NCBI GenBank assembly: GCA_044341665.1
Contig: JBIIRG010000001.1
Location: 1-46,872, forward strand
DNA length: 46,872 bases
Reading direction: 5' to 3'
Source: Phycisphaerales bacterium
GTDB taxonomy: Bacteria; Planctomycetota; Phycisphaerae; Phycisphaerales; SM1A02
The notes under the pieces were generated by a model. It did not search any database, was not told the origin of the DNA, and saw nothing but the letters and a program-made list of their open reading frames with translations. This document shows positions 24,664 to 34,675 of this stretch, one piece after another. A program made the position numbers and the translations under genes. Within the stretch, counting starts at the first letter, position 1; each line of letters begins with the position of its first letter.

Positions 24664-26226
24664 TTACTCCCACTCGATCGTGGCCGGCGGCTTCGACGAG
24701 ATGTCGTAGACCACGCGGTTCACGCCCTTGACCTCGTTGATGATGCGGTTCGAGATCAGCGCCAGCACGTCGTACGGAATGCGCGACCAGTCGGCGGTCA
24801 TGAAGTCCTGCGTGTCGACGGCGCGGATCGCGACCGTCGAGTCGTACGTGCGGCCGTCGCCCATGACGCCGACGCTCTTCACGGGCAGCAGCACGGCAAA
24901 GACCTGGCTCGTCGAGCGGTAGAGGTTCGCGGCCACGATCTCCTCGAGCAGGATGCGGTCGCACTCGCGCAGGACGTCGAGCTTCTCCTTCGTGATGTCG
25001 CCGATCACACGCACCGCGAGGCCAGGGCCCGGGAACGGGTGGCGCCACACGATCTGCTGCGGGAGCCCGAGCACCTCGCCAAGCGCGCGCACCTCGTCCT
25101 TGAAGAGGAGCCGCATCGGCTCGACGAGCTCGAAGCCAAGCTGCTCGGGCAGGCCTCCGACATTGTGGTGGAGCTTGATGTTCGCGCTCGTCCCCGAGTG
25201 GCCGTGGCCCGACTCGATGACGTCCGGGTAGAGCGTCCCCTGCGCGAGGAACCTGGCGTCGCCGTCGATCGACTTCGCGGACTCCTTGAAGACGTCGATG
25301 AAGCGGTGACCGATGCGGCGGCGCTTTTCCTGCGGCTCGGTGATGCCCGCGAGGTCGCCGAGGAACTCCTTACTCGCGTCGACCACGCGCAGGTCGACGT
25401 CGAAGTGATCGCGGAAGGTCGTCTCGACAAGGTCGCGCTCGTTCTTCCGCAGGAGGCCGTTGTCGACGAAGATGCAGACGAGCTGCTTGCCGATCGCCTT
25501 CGCGAGCAGCGCAGCGACCACCGAGCTGTCGACGCCGCCCGAAAGCCCGCAGATCACCTTCGAGCCGCCGACGCGCTTCCGGATGCGCGCGCACTCCTGC
25601 TCGACGAAGTCCGCCATCTTCCACGAGCCCGCGCAGCCGCAGGCCTTGAACAGGAAGTTCGCCAGCATGTCGCCGCCCTGCGGCGTGTGCGTGACCTCGG
25701 GGTGGAACTGCACGCCGTAGAAGTTGCGCGCGCGGTCGCGCACGGCCGCGAACGGGCAGGTTCCGGTGCTCGCGATGACCTCGAAGCCCTGCGGCACCTT
25801 CGTCACCTGGTCGCCATGGCTCATCCACACCGTCGCGTGCGCGTCGACGCCGGCGAAGAGGTCGCCGTGCTCGCGGACGTCGATCTTGGCGCGGCCGAAC
25901 TCGCGGTGGTTCGCACTCTCGACCTTGCCGCCGAGCAGATGGCTCATGAGCTGCATGCCGTAGCAGATGCCGAGGACAGGCAGACCGAGCGTGAAGATCG
26001 CGGGGTCGCAGGTAGGTGCACCCTTCTCGAAGACGCTCGCGGGGCCGCCAGAGAAGATGATCCCCTTCGGCGCGATCCGCTTGACCTCGTCGGCGGTGAT
26101 GCGCGGGCTCACGAGCAGGCTGAACACGCCCGCCTCGCGCACGCGGCGTGCGATCAGCTGGGCAGTCTGGCTGCCGAAGTCAAGGATGAGGACCGTTTCG
26201 GTTCCGGGCGGTGGGAGCTCGATCAT
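24664..26226 (-). CDS. guaA: GMP synthase (glutamine-hydrolysing)
   Basis: 520 aa. It has the GATase domain ([20 protein letters not shown]...GICYGMQL), the ATP-PPase P-loop [10 protein letters not shown], and the C-terminal ...[11 protein letters not shown]. Confidence 0.95.
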   Translation of the reverse strand: MIELPPPGTETVLILDFGSQTAQLIARRVREAGVFSLLVSPRITADEVKRIAPKGIIFSGGPASVFEKGAPTCDPAIFTLGLPVLGICYGMQLMSHLLGGKVESANHREFGRAKIDVREHGDLFAGVDAHATVWMSHGDQVTKVPQGFEVIASTGTCPFAAVRDRARNFYGVQFHPEVTHTPQGGDMLANFLFKACGCAGSWKMADFVEQECARIRKRVGGSKVICGLSGGVDSSVVAALLAKAIGKQLVCIFVDNGLLRKNERDLVETTFRDHFDVDLRVVDASKEFLGDLAGITEPQEKRRRIGHRFIDVFKESAKSIDGDARFLAQGTLYPDVIESGHGHSGTSANIKLHHNVGGLPEQLGFELVEPMRLLFKDEVRALGEVLGLPQQIVWRHPFPGPGLAVRVIGDITKEKLDVLRECDRILLEEIVAANLYRSTSQVFAVLLPVKSVGVMGDGRTYDSTVAIRAVDTQDFMTADWSRIPYDVLALISNRIINEVKGVNRVVYDISSKPPATIEWE

Positions 26227-26280
26227 GGGAAAGGTGCGGAATGTAGCACCCCCGCCCGACGCACGCCCTCCCCGCCCTGC

Positions 26281-27018
26281 TCAGCCGGCTTCACCCAAGG
26301 AGCTACCGCGGAAGGCACCAGCGCCCAGCGCAGGATCCTGGGTCGGAAGGACCCGCGGAATGGGTGATCCTCGCCCGTGCAGCCCAGGCTCGCCCGACTC
26401 GGCCGACTCCGTCCGCAGCGCCTCGCGCAGGCGGCGGCTGGCCGCGTCGGTCGTGAGCGGACCGTGGGTCGCGATGTGCGCCGCCTCGCGATCGGCCGCC
26501 GCGTCCACCTCATGCGGGTCGTCGCTCGGAAGGAGCGACGCCGCGAGCGCCACGTCCTCGACCCAGCGCCAGGCGAGGATGCACGCACCGATCGCAAGTC
26601 CGATGCGCGCGGCGAGGTACCAGGCGGTGTGTCCGCCGTCATCGAGCATGGCGCGCGCCTCGGTTCGCGAGAGCGTGAGCGCGGCAAAGACCGCAAGCGC
26701 CAGGAATGTCGCGCCCGCGCGGTCCGACCGGCTGCGGACCACGACCATGAGCGAGCCGAGCGCCACCGCGGCCAGTGCAGCCACCGAGAGCATCGAAGGC
26801 ACCGAGAGGAAGTCGGCCGCTGCGCGCGCGAGGTCGCCCACGGTTCCGATCACGGCAGCACCCGCGGTGAGGTCCTCGCCTCCGCCAGGCGTCACGCCGT
26901 GCGAGGCAATGACGCACGATGTCTGCACGCCCCGCGCAAGGAGGCCCGCGCAGAGCACGGCTGTTGCGAGCGCGATCACGCGCGAGACACCCCTGGAAAG
27001 TCCACGCAATCGTGTCAT
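26281..27018 (-). CDS. Hypothetical membrane protein (about 4 TM)
   Basis: 245 aa from ATG 27016-27018. It has several hydrophobic segments (VIALATAVLCAGLL, SVAALAAVALGSLMVVV, FLALAVFAALTL, IGLAIGACILAW). I recognise no family, and the coding call is moderate. Confidence 0.45.
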   Translation of the reverse strand: MTRLRGLSRGVSRVIALATAVLCAGLLARGVQTSCVIASHGVTPGGGEDLTAGAAVIGTVGDLARAAADFLSVPSMLSVAALAAVALGSLMVVVRSRSDRAGATFLALAVFAALTLSRTEARAMLDDGGHTAWYLAARIGLAIGACILAWRWVEDVALAASLLPSDDPHEVDAAADREAAHIATHGPLTTDAASRRLREALRTESAESGEPGLHGRGSPIPRVLPTQDPALGAGAFRGSSLGEAG

Positions 27019-27139
27019 GTCACTCCTCGTCGGCAATCGGCGGGCGGATGGTTGCCGCGGGCAGCTCGATTTCACGCTGCAGCGCGGCGGCATGTCCACT
27101 CGTTCCATCTGTGCGCTGTCTGCGCGCGCTCGAAGCGCC

Positions 27140-27952
27140 CTACGCACCCAGGGCAAGGCGCGCTGCCGCGGCGCTCGGCAGCACGGCGGCGTCGCTGCGC
27201 AGCTGTGCCCGCGCGAGGTCGTAGGTCACACGGCGGAACTCGACCGTGAACTCCTCGAGGTCGAGGATGGCGTAGCTCGCGCGGTTGTCGCCGTCACGCG
27301 GCTGACCGACCGAGCCCGGATTCACGATGGCGCGGCCGAATCGAGGCAGCTCGAAGGTGGCGGAACCGACGAACGCGCCGCGATTCTCCTGGTTCGGACC
27401 GAGCATCCGCCTCGCGATCGGCGAGACGTCGATGTCGTCCGCAGCGACCTCGCCGTCCTGATCGGCAATGGTCGCGAAGCACGCCGGCACGTGCGTGTGA
27501 CCAACCAAGGCGACGGAATGGTGCACCCAGCGGAACGCGGTGGCTGCATCCGTGCGGTTTCGCAGGTAGTTCATGCCGTGCTCGCTCGGTTCCGGCGAAT
27601 CGTGCACGCCGAAGACCTCACCCCCCACCGTGAAGGTCGAGGGAAGCCCCGCCAGATACGCGAGGTCCGCGCTCCCGAGCTGCGCGCGGGCATGCTCGAT
27701 TCCGGCTCGCGCCAGCGGGCTCCACTGGACGGGCAAGGCCGGCTCGAGCACGCCCCGCTCGTGGTTGCCGGCGACAACCGTCCGGCAGAGCTGCCGCGCG
27801 GCATCGAGACACTCCTTCGGATCGGGACCATATCCCACGATGTCGCCGAGGCACACGACCATGTCGATGCTGCGGCGGCGCATGTCGGCAATCACGCGAT
27901 CGAAGGCGACGATGTTGCCGTGGATATCGGAGATGATCGCGAGTCGGGCCAT
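27140..27952 (-). CDS. Metallophosphoesterase (calcineurin-like, YfcE/MPP family)
   Basis: 270 aa. It has the motifs SDIHGN, LGDIVGYG, GNHE, GHTH and NPGSVGQPRDGD. Confidence 0.8.
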   Translation of the reverse strand: MARLAIISDIHGNIVAFDRVIADMRRRSIDMVVCLGDIVGYGPDPKECLDAARQLCRTVVAGNHERGVLEPALPVQWSPLARAGIEHARAQLGSADLAYLAGLPSTFTVGGEVFGVHDSPEPSEHGMNYLRNRTDAATAFRWVHHSVALVGHTHVPACFATIADQDGEVAADDIDVSPIARRMLGPNQENRGAFVGSATFELPRFGRAIVNPGSVGQPRDGDNRASYAILDLEEFTVEFRRVTYDLARAQLRSDAAVLPSAAAARLALGA

Positions 27953-28253
27953 GAATCGTTCTAGTGGGCTTGCGTTGGACGGGCGGTTCGGGACGACAGA
28001 CGGATCAGACAGTTAGCACACACACCCGCGCACGGGGATGTTTCCTCATCCCACGCTTCACTCGCCGCGAACGATCGCCGCGTTCGGTGAGCAATGGGAG
28101 AAGATCAGCCTCGATTTCAAGCAAGGCTCTTCCAAGGACGTCGGTCGCAGGTTGGCGCAATCAGCTGGCGCGATGCACCTCTCAGCCCGTCGAAACCGAA
28201 CAGATCGCACAGATGTGCACGCGTGAAGGCACGCCGAGCTCCGTTTCATTCAC

Positions 28254-29540
28254 TCATGACTTCGTCGATCTCGCGGCAAATGCACCATCAGGTAAACGCC
28301 CGATACGCCCGCCGACCTCGAGTTCGAGCGTCGCGCAGGCGATGCGCGGAACGGTCCAACCGAGGCTCTGCTCGAGTTCGTCGAGCCCTGCGCGCCCAGC
28401 CGCAACGATCGCCGCCAGCACCTCTGCCGCGTCAGGTGAGCACGGACGCACGCAGGACGGAGGAGACGGCGGAGAGGCAGCCGCTGGACCCGCGTGTCGC
28501 GGCGACACCGCCGACCGCACCGCAGGCTGCATCCTTCGGATCGCGCGCACAGGTGTCGGCTGGCGCGCGACGAGCTCGACCGCACCCACCGCCACGCTTC
28601 GCGCGCTTTCGAGGAGCTCGACCACATCATCGGCCCCGGCGACAAGCTGCGCCCAGCCCTCTCGAATGGCGCGATGACATCCCGCACTCAGCGGACTGTC
28701 CACGGAACCAGGCATGCATCCAGCCTCGCGCGAGAGGTCATCTACCGCGATGCGCGCGGTCAGCAGTGCGCCCGAGCGCGAAGCGGCCTCGACCACCACC
28801 GTGACAAGCGCAAGCGCCGCAATCAGCCTGTTCCGCCGCGGGAAGAGGTCCGGCCTGACCGCGATCGAAGGCGGCTGCTCCGAAATCGTGCAACCGCCCG
28901 ACGCGACGATGAGCTCGTATAGCGGCTGATGCTCCTCGGGGTACGGATGCGACGCTCCCGTCGCAAGTACGGCGATCGTGCGCCCCCCCGCCCGAAGCGC
29001 GCCACGATGCGCCTCGACGTCGATCCCTCGCGCGCCGCCCGAAACCACCGTGATGCCCCGCGACGCGAGGTCGGCAGCCAATCGTCCCGCCTGGACTCGT
29101 CCATACGCCGTCGCGCGCCGCGAGCCGACGATCGCCACCGCAGGCTCAGGCTCGGCGTCGAGCGAGCCCTTCACGAACATCACCGCAGGCGGGTCGTGCG
29201 TCGCAGCGAGCAGCGCCGGAAACGACGGATCCCCCTCGAACACCGCCCGCAGGCCCTGGGAACGCAGCACCTCAAGCTCACCCGCCACCTTCCGGCCGAC
29301 GGCATCCGACCGCGCACACGCACGCAGCCGCGCCGCCACCTCGGGCGTGGCGCCGAGCGCCTCACCGATCGACTCCGTCGCCGCATGCAACGCCCGCTCG
29401 GCGCCGCCAAGCCGCTGCACAAGCTGCCGCAACCGCGCTTGGCCGATGCCCTCGACATGCAACCATCGCAGCGAAGCGGCCAACTCCTCGGCCACCGCAT
29501 CGGACTCTCCGTCCTCTCCCTGGGTTTCCGCATTGATCAT
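28254..29540 (-). CDS. dprA: DNA-processing protein DprA (Smf)
   Basis: 428 aa. It has the Rossmann-like core AIVGSRRATAYGRVQAGRLAADLASRGITVVSGGARGIDVEAHRGAL and ...FPRRNRLIAAL.... Confidence 0.85.
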   Translation of the reverse strand: MINAETQGEDGESDAVAEELAASLRWLHVEGIGQARLRQLVQRLGGAERALHAATESIGEALGATPEVAARLRACARSDAVGRKVAGELEVLRSQGLRAVFEGDPSFPALLAATHDPPAVMFVKGSLDAEPEPAVAIVGSRRATAYGRVQAGRLAADLASRGITVVSGGARGIDVEAHRGALRAGGRTIAVLATGASHPYPEEHQPLYELIVASGGCTISEQPPSIAVRPDLFPRRNRLIAALALVTVVVEAASRSGALLTARIAVDDLSREAGCMPGSVDSPLSAGCHRAIREGWAQLVAGADDVVELLESARSVAVGAVELVARQPTPVRAIRRMQPAVRSAVSPRHAGPAAASPPSPPSCVRPCSPDAAEVLAAIVAAGRAGLDELEQSLGWTVPRIACATLELEVGGRIGRLPDGAFAARSTKS

Positions 29541-29618
29541 GCGGCGGACAGTACCCCGCGGCGACGGCTACCCCTTCATCCTTGCTTTTCTTTCCACGAG
29601 GAAAATCGAGACGCACAA

Positions 29619-31133
29619 TCAACGCGCGCGGGTGTCGATCCAACGGTCATCGGCGAGCCCTGAGAACAGGCTCAGTGGCTCAGCCCCGACATCGCGAGCG
29701 GGCTCCGACACCGGCCGTGCGAAGGTCTCGATCTCGACGATCGGCGGCTCTGAGGCCGACTCCATGCCGGCGTCGACCTCCGGCACCTCGCTCATCACTT
29801 CGGTCTCGGCACGGGCGACTTCCTCGCCGTCGTCGTCATCCTCGACGTCATCCTCGACGTCGAGCTCGACGTCGAACTCATCGAGCGCTTCCGCCGTGAC
29901 GCGGTCGTCTTCGCAGGAGGACTCGTCGTCATCGGACTCGATCGCACCGGCATCGACTGACTCGGACAGACCAGCGTTCAAGTCGTCGGCAGCCGTCCGA
30001 TCAGGGACTGCGTCGGTGGGGTGATCGACGAGCTCAACTTCGAGCTCAACTTCGAGTTGATCCTCGAGTTGATCCTCGAGCTGCTCTCCGTGCTGCGCTT
30101 CGATCTCGTCGACGACATCGACCATCGCAGGGGCGTGGCTCGCCTCTGCTTCGGGCTGCTCCACCTCGAGGACCGCGGCGGGTGGGATCGAATCGCCACC
30201 CGACACCAGCGGTTCAGAGGTCCGTTCGGCGGACATTCCCGCGGACACTTGGTCGGGAGCCTGATCGCAGGGTTCACTGACCGTCTCCACGCCGTACTGG
30301 AGCTCGTGGACGTCGACCGCTGCGAACATGGGAACCGTGCCGACCGCGCTGTCGAGCGTCTCAGCCGCGTGGGGAACAACGATCTCGGTCGTCCCGGTCG
30401 CCACGTCGGGCTGTGCCGGAGGCGCGGGGGCCGCGCTGAGTTTGCTCGAATCCGTGGCCGAGGTCTCGACCGTCGTCGACGCTGTGGGCGGTTCCGCGAC
30501 CAAGTCGCAAGCCACCGCAGCGCCCGCCACGGCTGGAGCGGCAACCGCAGCGAGGTCGGTGTCTGGCGTGGGCGGCGCATTCCGCGGCCGCGGTGACGCG
30601 GTGCGTCGCGGCGCGAGCATCGTCGGCGCGAACATCACTCCGATGAAGACGAGGAATGCACCCGTCGCCAGCACCCAGAGCCGTCGCGGCCCCGTGGCAA
30701 TTCGCGAGAGCAGCGTATCGGGGTACGGCGTCGGCTCGGGGATTTCCGTCACGACGCTCGACTCGATCCACGCGGGAACCGTGTCGTTCGCCGACGGCAT
30801 CAGCAGGAGTGGACGCTCGCCCTTCGGCATGCGGTTCAGTTGCGCGCGGACCAGGCGCTCGAGCAGCCGCTCGTCGCCCCGGCCGATGTCCGCGAGGAAC
30901 TGGTTGTAGGCCAGCAGTTCCGCATTGGCGCGCTCCTCGTGCGCCTGGTGCACCGCAAGTTCCTGCTCGAGGTCGTGCAACTCGCGCTGCGCCGGAATGA
31001 GCACGGCCGAGACGATGAGCGCGAGACCAGCGATCACGAAGGGCCAGCCCGGATCGAAGCGGAACAATGGCATGCGGGCGGCAACGCCACCCGTTCCTTC
31101 ACTCGGCACTGCTGCGCTCGGTGCACCATCCAT
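29619..31133 (-). CDS. Hypothetical membrane protein with a long, highly acidic, repeat-rich C-terminal region
   Basis: About 504 aa. The start is ambiguous (ATG at 31133 or 31073). It has two TM segments (WPFVIAGLALIVSAVLI, LWVLATGAFLVFIGVMF), a coiled-coil-like stretch between them, and an acidic tail with EDQLEDQLEVELEVEL and DEFDVELDVEDDVEDDDDGEE. Confidence 0.5.
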   Translation of the reverse strand: MDGAPSAAVPSEGTGGVAARMPLFRFDPGWPFVIAGLALIVSAVLIPAQRELHDLEQELAVHQAHEERANAELLAYNQFLADIGRGDERLLERLVRAQLNRMPKGERPLLLMPSANDTVPAWIESSVVTEIPEPTPYPDTLLSRIATGPRRLWVLATGAFLVFIGVMFAPTMLAPRRTASPRPRNAPPTPDTDLAAVAAPAVAGAAVACDLVAEPPTASTTVETSATDSSKLSAAPAPPAQPDVATGTTEIVVPHAAETLDSAVGTVPMFAAVDVHELQYGVETVSEPCDQAPDQVSAGMSAERTSEPLVSGGDSIPPAAVLEVEQPEAEASHAPAMVDVVDEIEAQHGEQLEDQLEDQLEVELEVELVDHPTDAVPDRTAADDLNAGLSESVDAGAIESDDDESSCEDDRVTAEALDEFDVELDVEDDVEDDDDGEEVARAETEVMSEVPEVDAGMESASEPPIVEIETFARPVSEPARDVGAEPLSLFSGLADDRWIDTRAR

Positions 31134-31381
31134 CGGTTGAGTTATCGACGCGCGACGTGGAGTTCCTCCACTTTCGAGTCGAGCCGACCGCATCGGGCGC
31201 GCCCGTGTTCGTGGCGGGCGTTCACCGCTCGGGCGAGCGCCCCAATCGCTGGTGATGCGACCGCTGGCGTGCACGGCGTCTTCATTCCCGCTCCACACCC
31301 GCCGATGCGAGTGCGCACGGCCGTTCTGGCCGCGCGCCGCGCATGCGGCCAGCGAAGTCCCTCAACGGAAGGTGTCACAGC

Positions 31382-34042
31382 ATGGGGCTCAAGGCCTCGA
31401 TCCAAGCCGCCGCAAAGGCGGCCGCACTCGCCGACGCGGCGGATCTCCAGGGCCTCGTCACCCTTGGCGAGCTGCTGCGGCAACTCTCCGCGGACGCCCG
31501 TTCGGAGGGCGTGCCCAACGTGGCCGAGCAGTCGCTGGCCGCGGCTGACCTCTCCGACCAGATCGTGCTTCGACAGGTCGACGACGTTTCGGCCGCGTTC
31601 ACCCGCCTCGTCGAGGCCGTAGGCGCGTGCGAGAGTGCCGCGGAACGCCTCGAAGCCGCCCCGCGTGAACCCGCCGACCCCGAACTGCTCGCCGCCTGGA
31701 TCGCCAGCTGCGAGGGAAGCCTGCCGGAACTCGAGCACCTGGCTGTCCGAGCTGAGACCGAGGCGCTCGGCAGCGCCGGCATCGCAAACGAAACAGCCGC
31801 CGACCTCCGACGACGCATCCACACGCTCAAGGGCGAGTGCGGCGTGCTCAGCCTCTCCGACGCCCAGTCGCTGTGCCACGACCTCGAGTCGCTGCTCGAG
31901 TCGTCGCTCAGTGAACACGGGCGCTTTCCGATCGACGCGATCCTCGCCGCCTGCGACTGGATGCGCGGTCTGACACAGCGACTCTCGCAGGACCCGTCCG
32001 CGACCGAGCCCGACACCGCCGCAGTGCGCCGGGTACTCGAAGCATGGACAGGCAAGCCACCCCACGAGCCACGCCCGGACGCACCCTCGCGGTCGTCTGC
32101 TCCGACAGCCGTGGGCAACTGCACTCCGACTCCGAGCTCCGCCCCCGCATGGACAGGCAAGCCAGCCAGCATGGCCACGCCGAGCACCGCGACGCCCACC
32201 TCCCCCGGCGCCGACCCATTCGCCGACCTTGACACAATTCCGTCGGACGCCCGCGTTTCCATGAACCTCGAGCACGCCGACGAGAACACCGGCGATTTCG
32301 CACTCGAGGCTCGGGAACACCTCGCCAACGCCGAGACCGCCGTCCTCGCGATCGAAGCGAACCCCTCCGACGCGGAGCAGGTCAACGTCGTCTTCCGCGC
32401 CTTCCACACCATCAAGGGGGTCGCGGGCTTCCTCAACCTCCCGCGCATCGTCGAAGTCGCCCACGCGGCGGAGTTCCTCCTCGACAAGGTCCGCTCCGGC
32501 AAGATCCCCCTCACGCCCCACGTCCTCGAGCTCGTGCTGTCGTCGACCGACCTCCTCGGGCAGCTCATCGGCATGCTCTCGGGCGCCGAGGCCCCCAGGG
32601 AACGCGAACTCCGCATCCTTGTGCGCCGCCTCGAGGCCGCCTGCGAAGGCCGAGCGCTCGCCGATCCAACGACCCCGCGCGCGGACGACGCCACCCGCAC
32701 CACCCCCTCCTCGCCGCAGGCCGACGCCACGCCCGCGCCGTCGAGCGTGCCAAGCCCGACAACCTCAGCCGACCCATCCGAGTCCAGGCAGGCGACCATC
32801 GCCAAGTCGATCGCCTCGAAGGCCGACCAGAGCGTCAAGGTCTCCACCCAGCGCATGGACTCGCTCGTCAACCTCGTCGGCGAGCTTGTGATCGCGCAGC
32901 TGATGGTCGTGCAGGACCCGATCGTGTCCAAGCTGCACGACCAGCGCCTGGCGCGCAACCTTGCGCACCTCGGCAAGATCGTGCGCGACCTGCAGGAGAC
33001 CTCGATGAGCCTGCGGATGGTCACCCTGAAGGCGACCTTCCAGAAGATGGCGCGTCTCGTGCGCGATGTGGCCGCCAAGGCCGGCAAGCGCATCCAGCTC
33101 GAGGTCGAGGGCGAGGACGTCGAGCTCGACCGCAACGTCGTCGAGGAGATCGGCGACCCGCTCGTCCACATGATCCGAAACGCCTGCGACCACGGGGTCG
33201 AGCCCGCCGACGAGCGCCGCAAGGCCGGCAAGAACGAGACAGGCACCCTCCGCCTGCGCGCGTTCCACTCGGGCGGCTCGATCGTGATCGAGGTCGAGGA
33301 CGACGGCCGTGGGCTCAGCCGCGATCGCATCCTCCGCAAGTGCGTCGAGAAGGGCCTCATCGACCCCACGCGCAACCTCGCCGAGATTCCCGACAGCGAG
33401 GTCTTCAACTACATCTTCCTCCCCGGCTTCTCGACCGCGGAAAAGGTCACCGACATCTCCGGGCGCGGCGTCGGCATGGACGTCGTCCGCCGCAACATCG
33501 AGGCGCTCCGCGGCTCGGTCGAGATCCGGTCCACCACCGGCAAGGGCTCGACCTTCTCGATGCGCCTGCCGCTCACGATGGCCATCATCGACGGCATGGT
33601 CGTCCGCGTCGGCGGCCAGCGCTACATCGTGCCCACGCTCAACATCGAGCGCTCGTTCCGACCCACCCCCGACCAGCTCACCATGGTCCTCGGCAAGGGC
33701 GAGCTCGCCCGCGTGCGCGACGCGCTCCTGCCCATCTACCGCCTGCAGCGCCTCTTCAACCTCGCCGACGGCCGCCAGTCGCTCACCGAGGGCCTCCTCC
33801 TCGTGCTCGAGAACGGCAAGCGACGGGCCTGCGTGTTCGTCGACGAAATCCTCGGCCAGCAGCAGGTCGTCATCAAGAGCCTCGGAGACTCGCACCCGCC
33901 CATCCGCGGAGTCTCGGGCGGCGCCATCCTCGGCGACGGCCGCGTCGCCCTCATCGTCGACGTCGGCGGACTCCTCGAGTCCGCGACAGGAAGCAGCACG
34001 AGCAGCACAAGTACGAGCAGCACAGCAAGCACCAACGCCTGA
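31382..34042 (+). CDS. cheA: Chemotaxis histidine kinase CheA, with two HPt-like domains
   Basis: 886 aa from ATG 31382. HPt-like 1 is ...LRRRIHTLKGECGVLSL...; HPt-like 2 is ...FRAFHTIKGVAGFLNL.... The dimerisation region is VSTQRMDSLVNLVGELVI. The HATPase motifs are HMIRNACDHG, DDGRGL and GRGVGMDVV, and there is a C-terminal CheW-like domain. Confidence 0.9.
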   Translation: MGLKASIQAAAKAAALADAADLQGLVTLGELLRQLSADARSEGVPNVAEQSLAAADLSDQIVLRQVDDVSAAFTRLVEAVGACESAAERLEAAPREPADPELLAAWIASCEGSLPELEHLAVRAETEALGSAGIANETAADLRRRIHTLKGECGVLSLSDAQSLCHDLESLLESSLSEHGRFPIDAILAACDWMRGLTQRLSQDPSATEPDTAAVRRVLEAWTGKPPHEPRPDAPSRSSAPTAVGNCTPTPSSAPAWTGKPASMATPSTATPTSPGADPFADLDTIPSDARVSMNLEHADENTGDFALEAREHLANAETAVLAIEANPSDAEQVNVVFRAFHTIKGVAGFLNLPRIVEVAHAAEFLLDKVRSGKIPLTPHVLELVLSSTDLLGQLIGMLSGAEAPRERELRILVRRLEAACEGRALADPTTPRADDATRTTPSSPQADATPAPSSVPSPTTSADPSESRQATIAKSIASKADQSVKVSTQRMDSLVNLVGELVIAQLMVVQDPIVSKLHDQRLARNLAHLGKIVRDLQETSMSLRMVTLKATFQKMARLVRDVAAKAGKRIQLEVEGEDVELDRNVVEEIGDPLVHMIRNACDHGVEPADERRKAGKNETGTLRLRAFHSGGSIVIEVEDDGRGLSRDRILRKCVEKGLIDPTRNLAEIPDSEVFNYIFLPGFSTAEKVTDISGRGVGMDVVRRNIEALRGSVEIRSTTGKGSTFSMRLPLTMAIIDGMVVRVGGQRYIVPTLNIERSFRPTPDQLTMVLGKGELARVRDALLPIYRLQRLFNLADGRQSLTEGLLLVLENGKRRACVFVDEILGQQQVVIKSLGDSHPPIRGVSGGAILGDGRVALIVDVGGLLESATGSSTSSTSTSSTASTNA

Positions 34043-34053
34043 GGACAACCACC

Positions 34054-34650
34054 ATGGCCATGATCGAACGCAGCACCACCACAGCCGCCGCACCCGATGC
34101 GCGCGGCGCCAACGAGAACAAGTTCCTTTCCTTCTGCCTCGGCAACGAGCAGTACGGCGTCGAGATCCTCCGCGTCCGCGAGATCATCGGCCTGCTCTCG
34201 ATCACGCCGCTTCCGCAGACCCCCGCCTACGTGAAGGGCGTCATGAACCTCCGAGGCCGCATCATCCCGGTGATCGACCTCCGCCTCCGATTCAGCCTCA
34301 GCGCCGCGGAGGCGACGAAGGAGACCTGCATCATCGTCCTCGAGTCGACCGACGCAGAGGGCGCGCAGACGGTCATGGGAGCGATCGTCGACAGCGTGCG
34401 CGAGGTCCAGGACATCCCGCGCAGCGCCATCGAACCGCCCCCGGAGTTCGGCTGCGAGATCCCGCTCAAGTACATCCTGGGCATGGGCAAGGTCAAGGAG
34501 AAGGACAAGGACAAGGAGCGCGACAAGGTCGTCGTGCTGCTCGACATCGCCGAGGTGATCGGCACGCGCGAACGCGCGCAGATCGCCGGGGCCATCAAGG
34601 ACGCCGGCACCGCGGGCACGGGCACCGCCTCCGAGCGCCGCGCCGCCTGA
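34054..34650 (+). CDS. cheW: Chemotaxis coupling protein CheW
   Basis: 198 aa from ATG 34054. It has FLSFCLGNEQYGVEILRVREIIGL...TPAYVKGVMNLRGRIIPVIDLR, the typical CheW core, and a Lys/Asp/Glu-rich insert KVKEKDKDKERDK. Confidence 0.88.
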   Translation: MAMIERSTTTAAAPDARGANENKFLSFCLGNEQYGVEILRVREIIGLLSITPLPQTPAYVKGVMNLRGRIIPVIDLRLRFSLSAAEATKETCIIVLESTDAEGAQTVMGAIVDSVREVQDIPRSAIEPPPEFGCEIPLKYILGMGKVKEKDKDKERDKVVVLLDIAEVIGTRERAQIAGAIKDAGTAGTGTASERRAA

Positions 34651-34675
34651 TCCACACTTCCGACGGGAGCCACGC

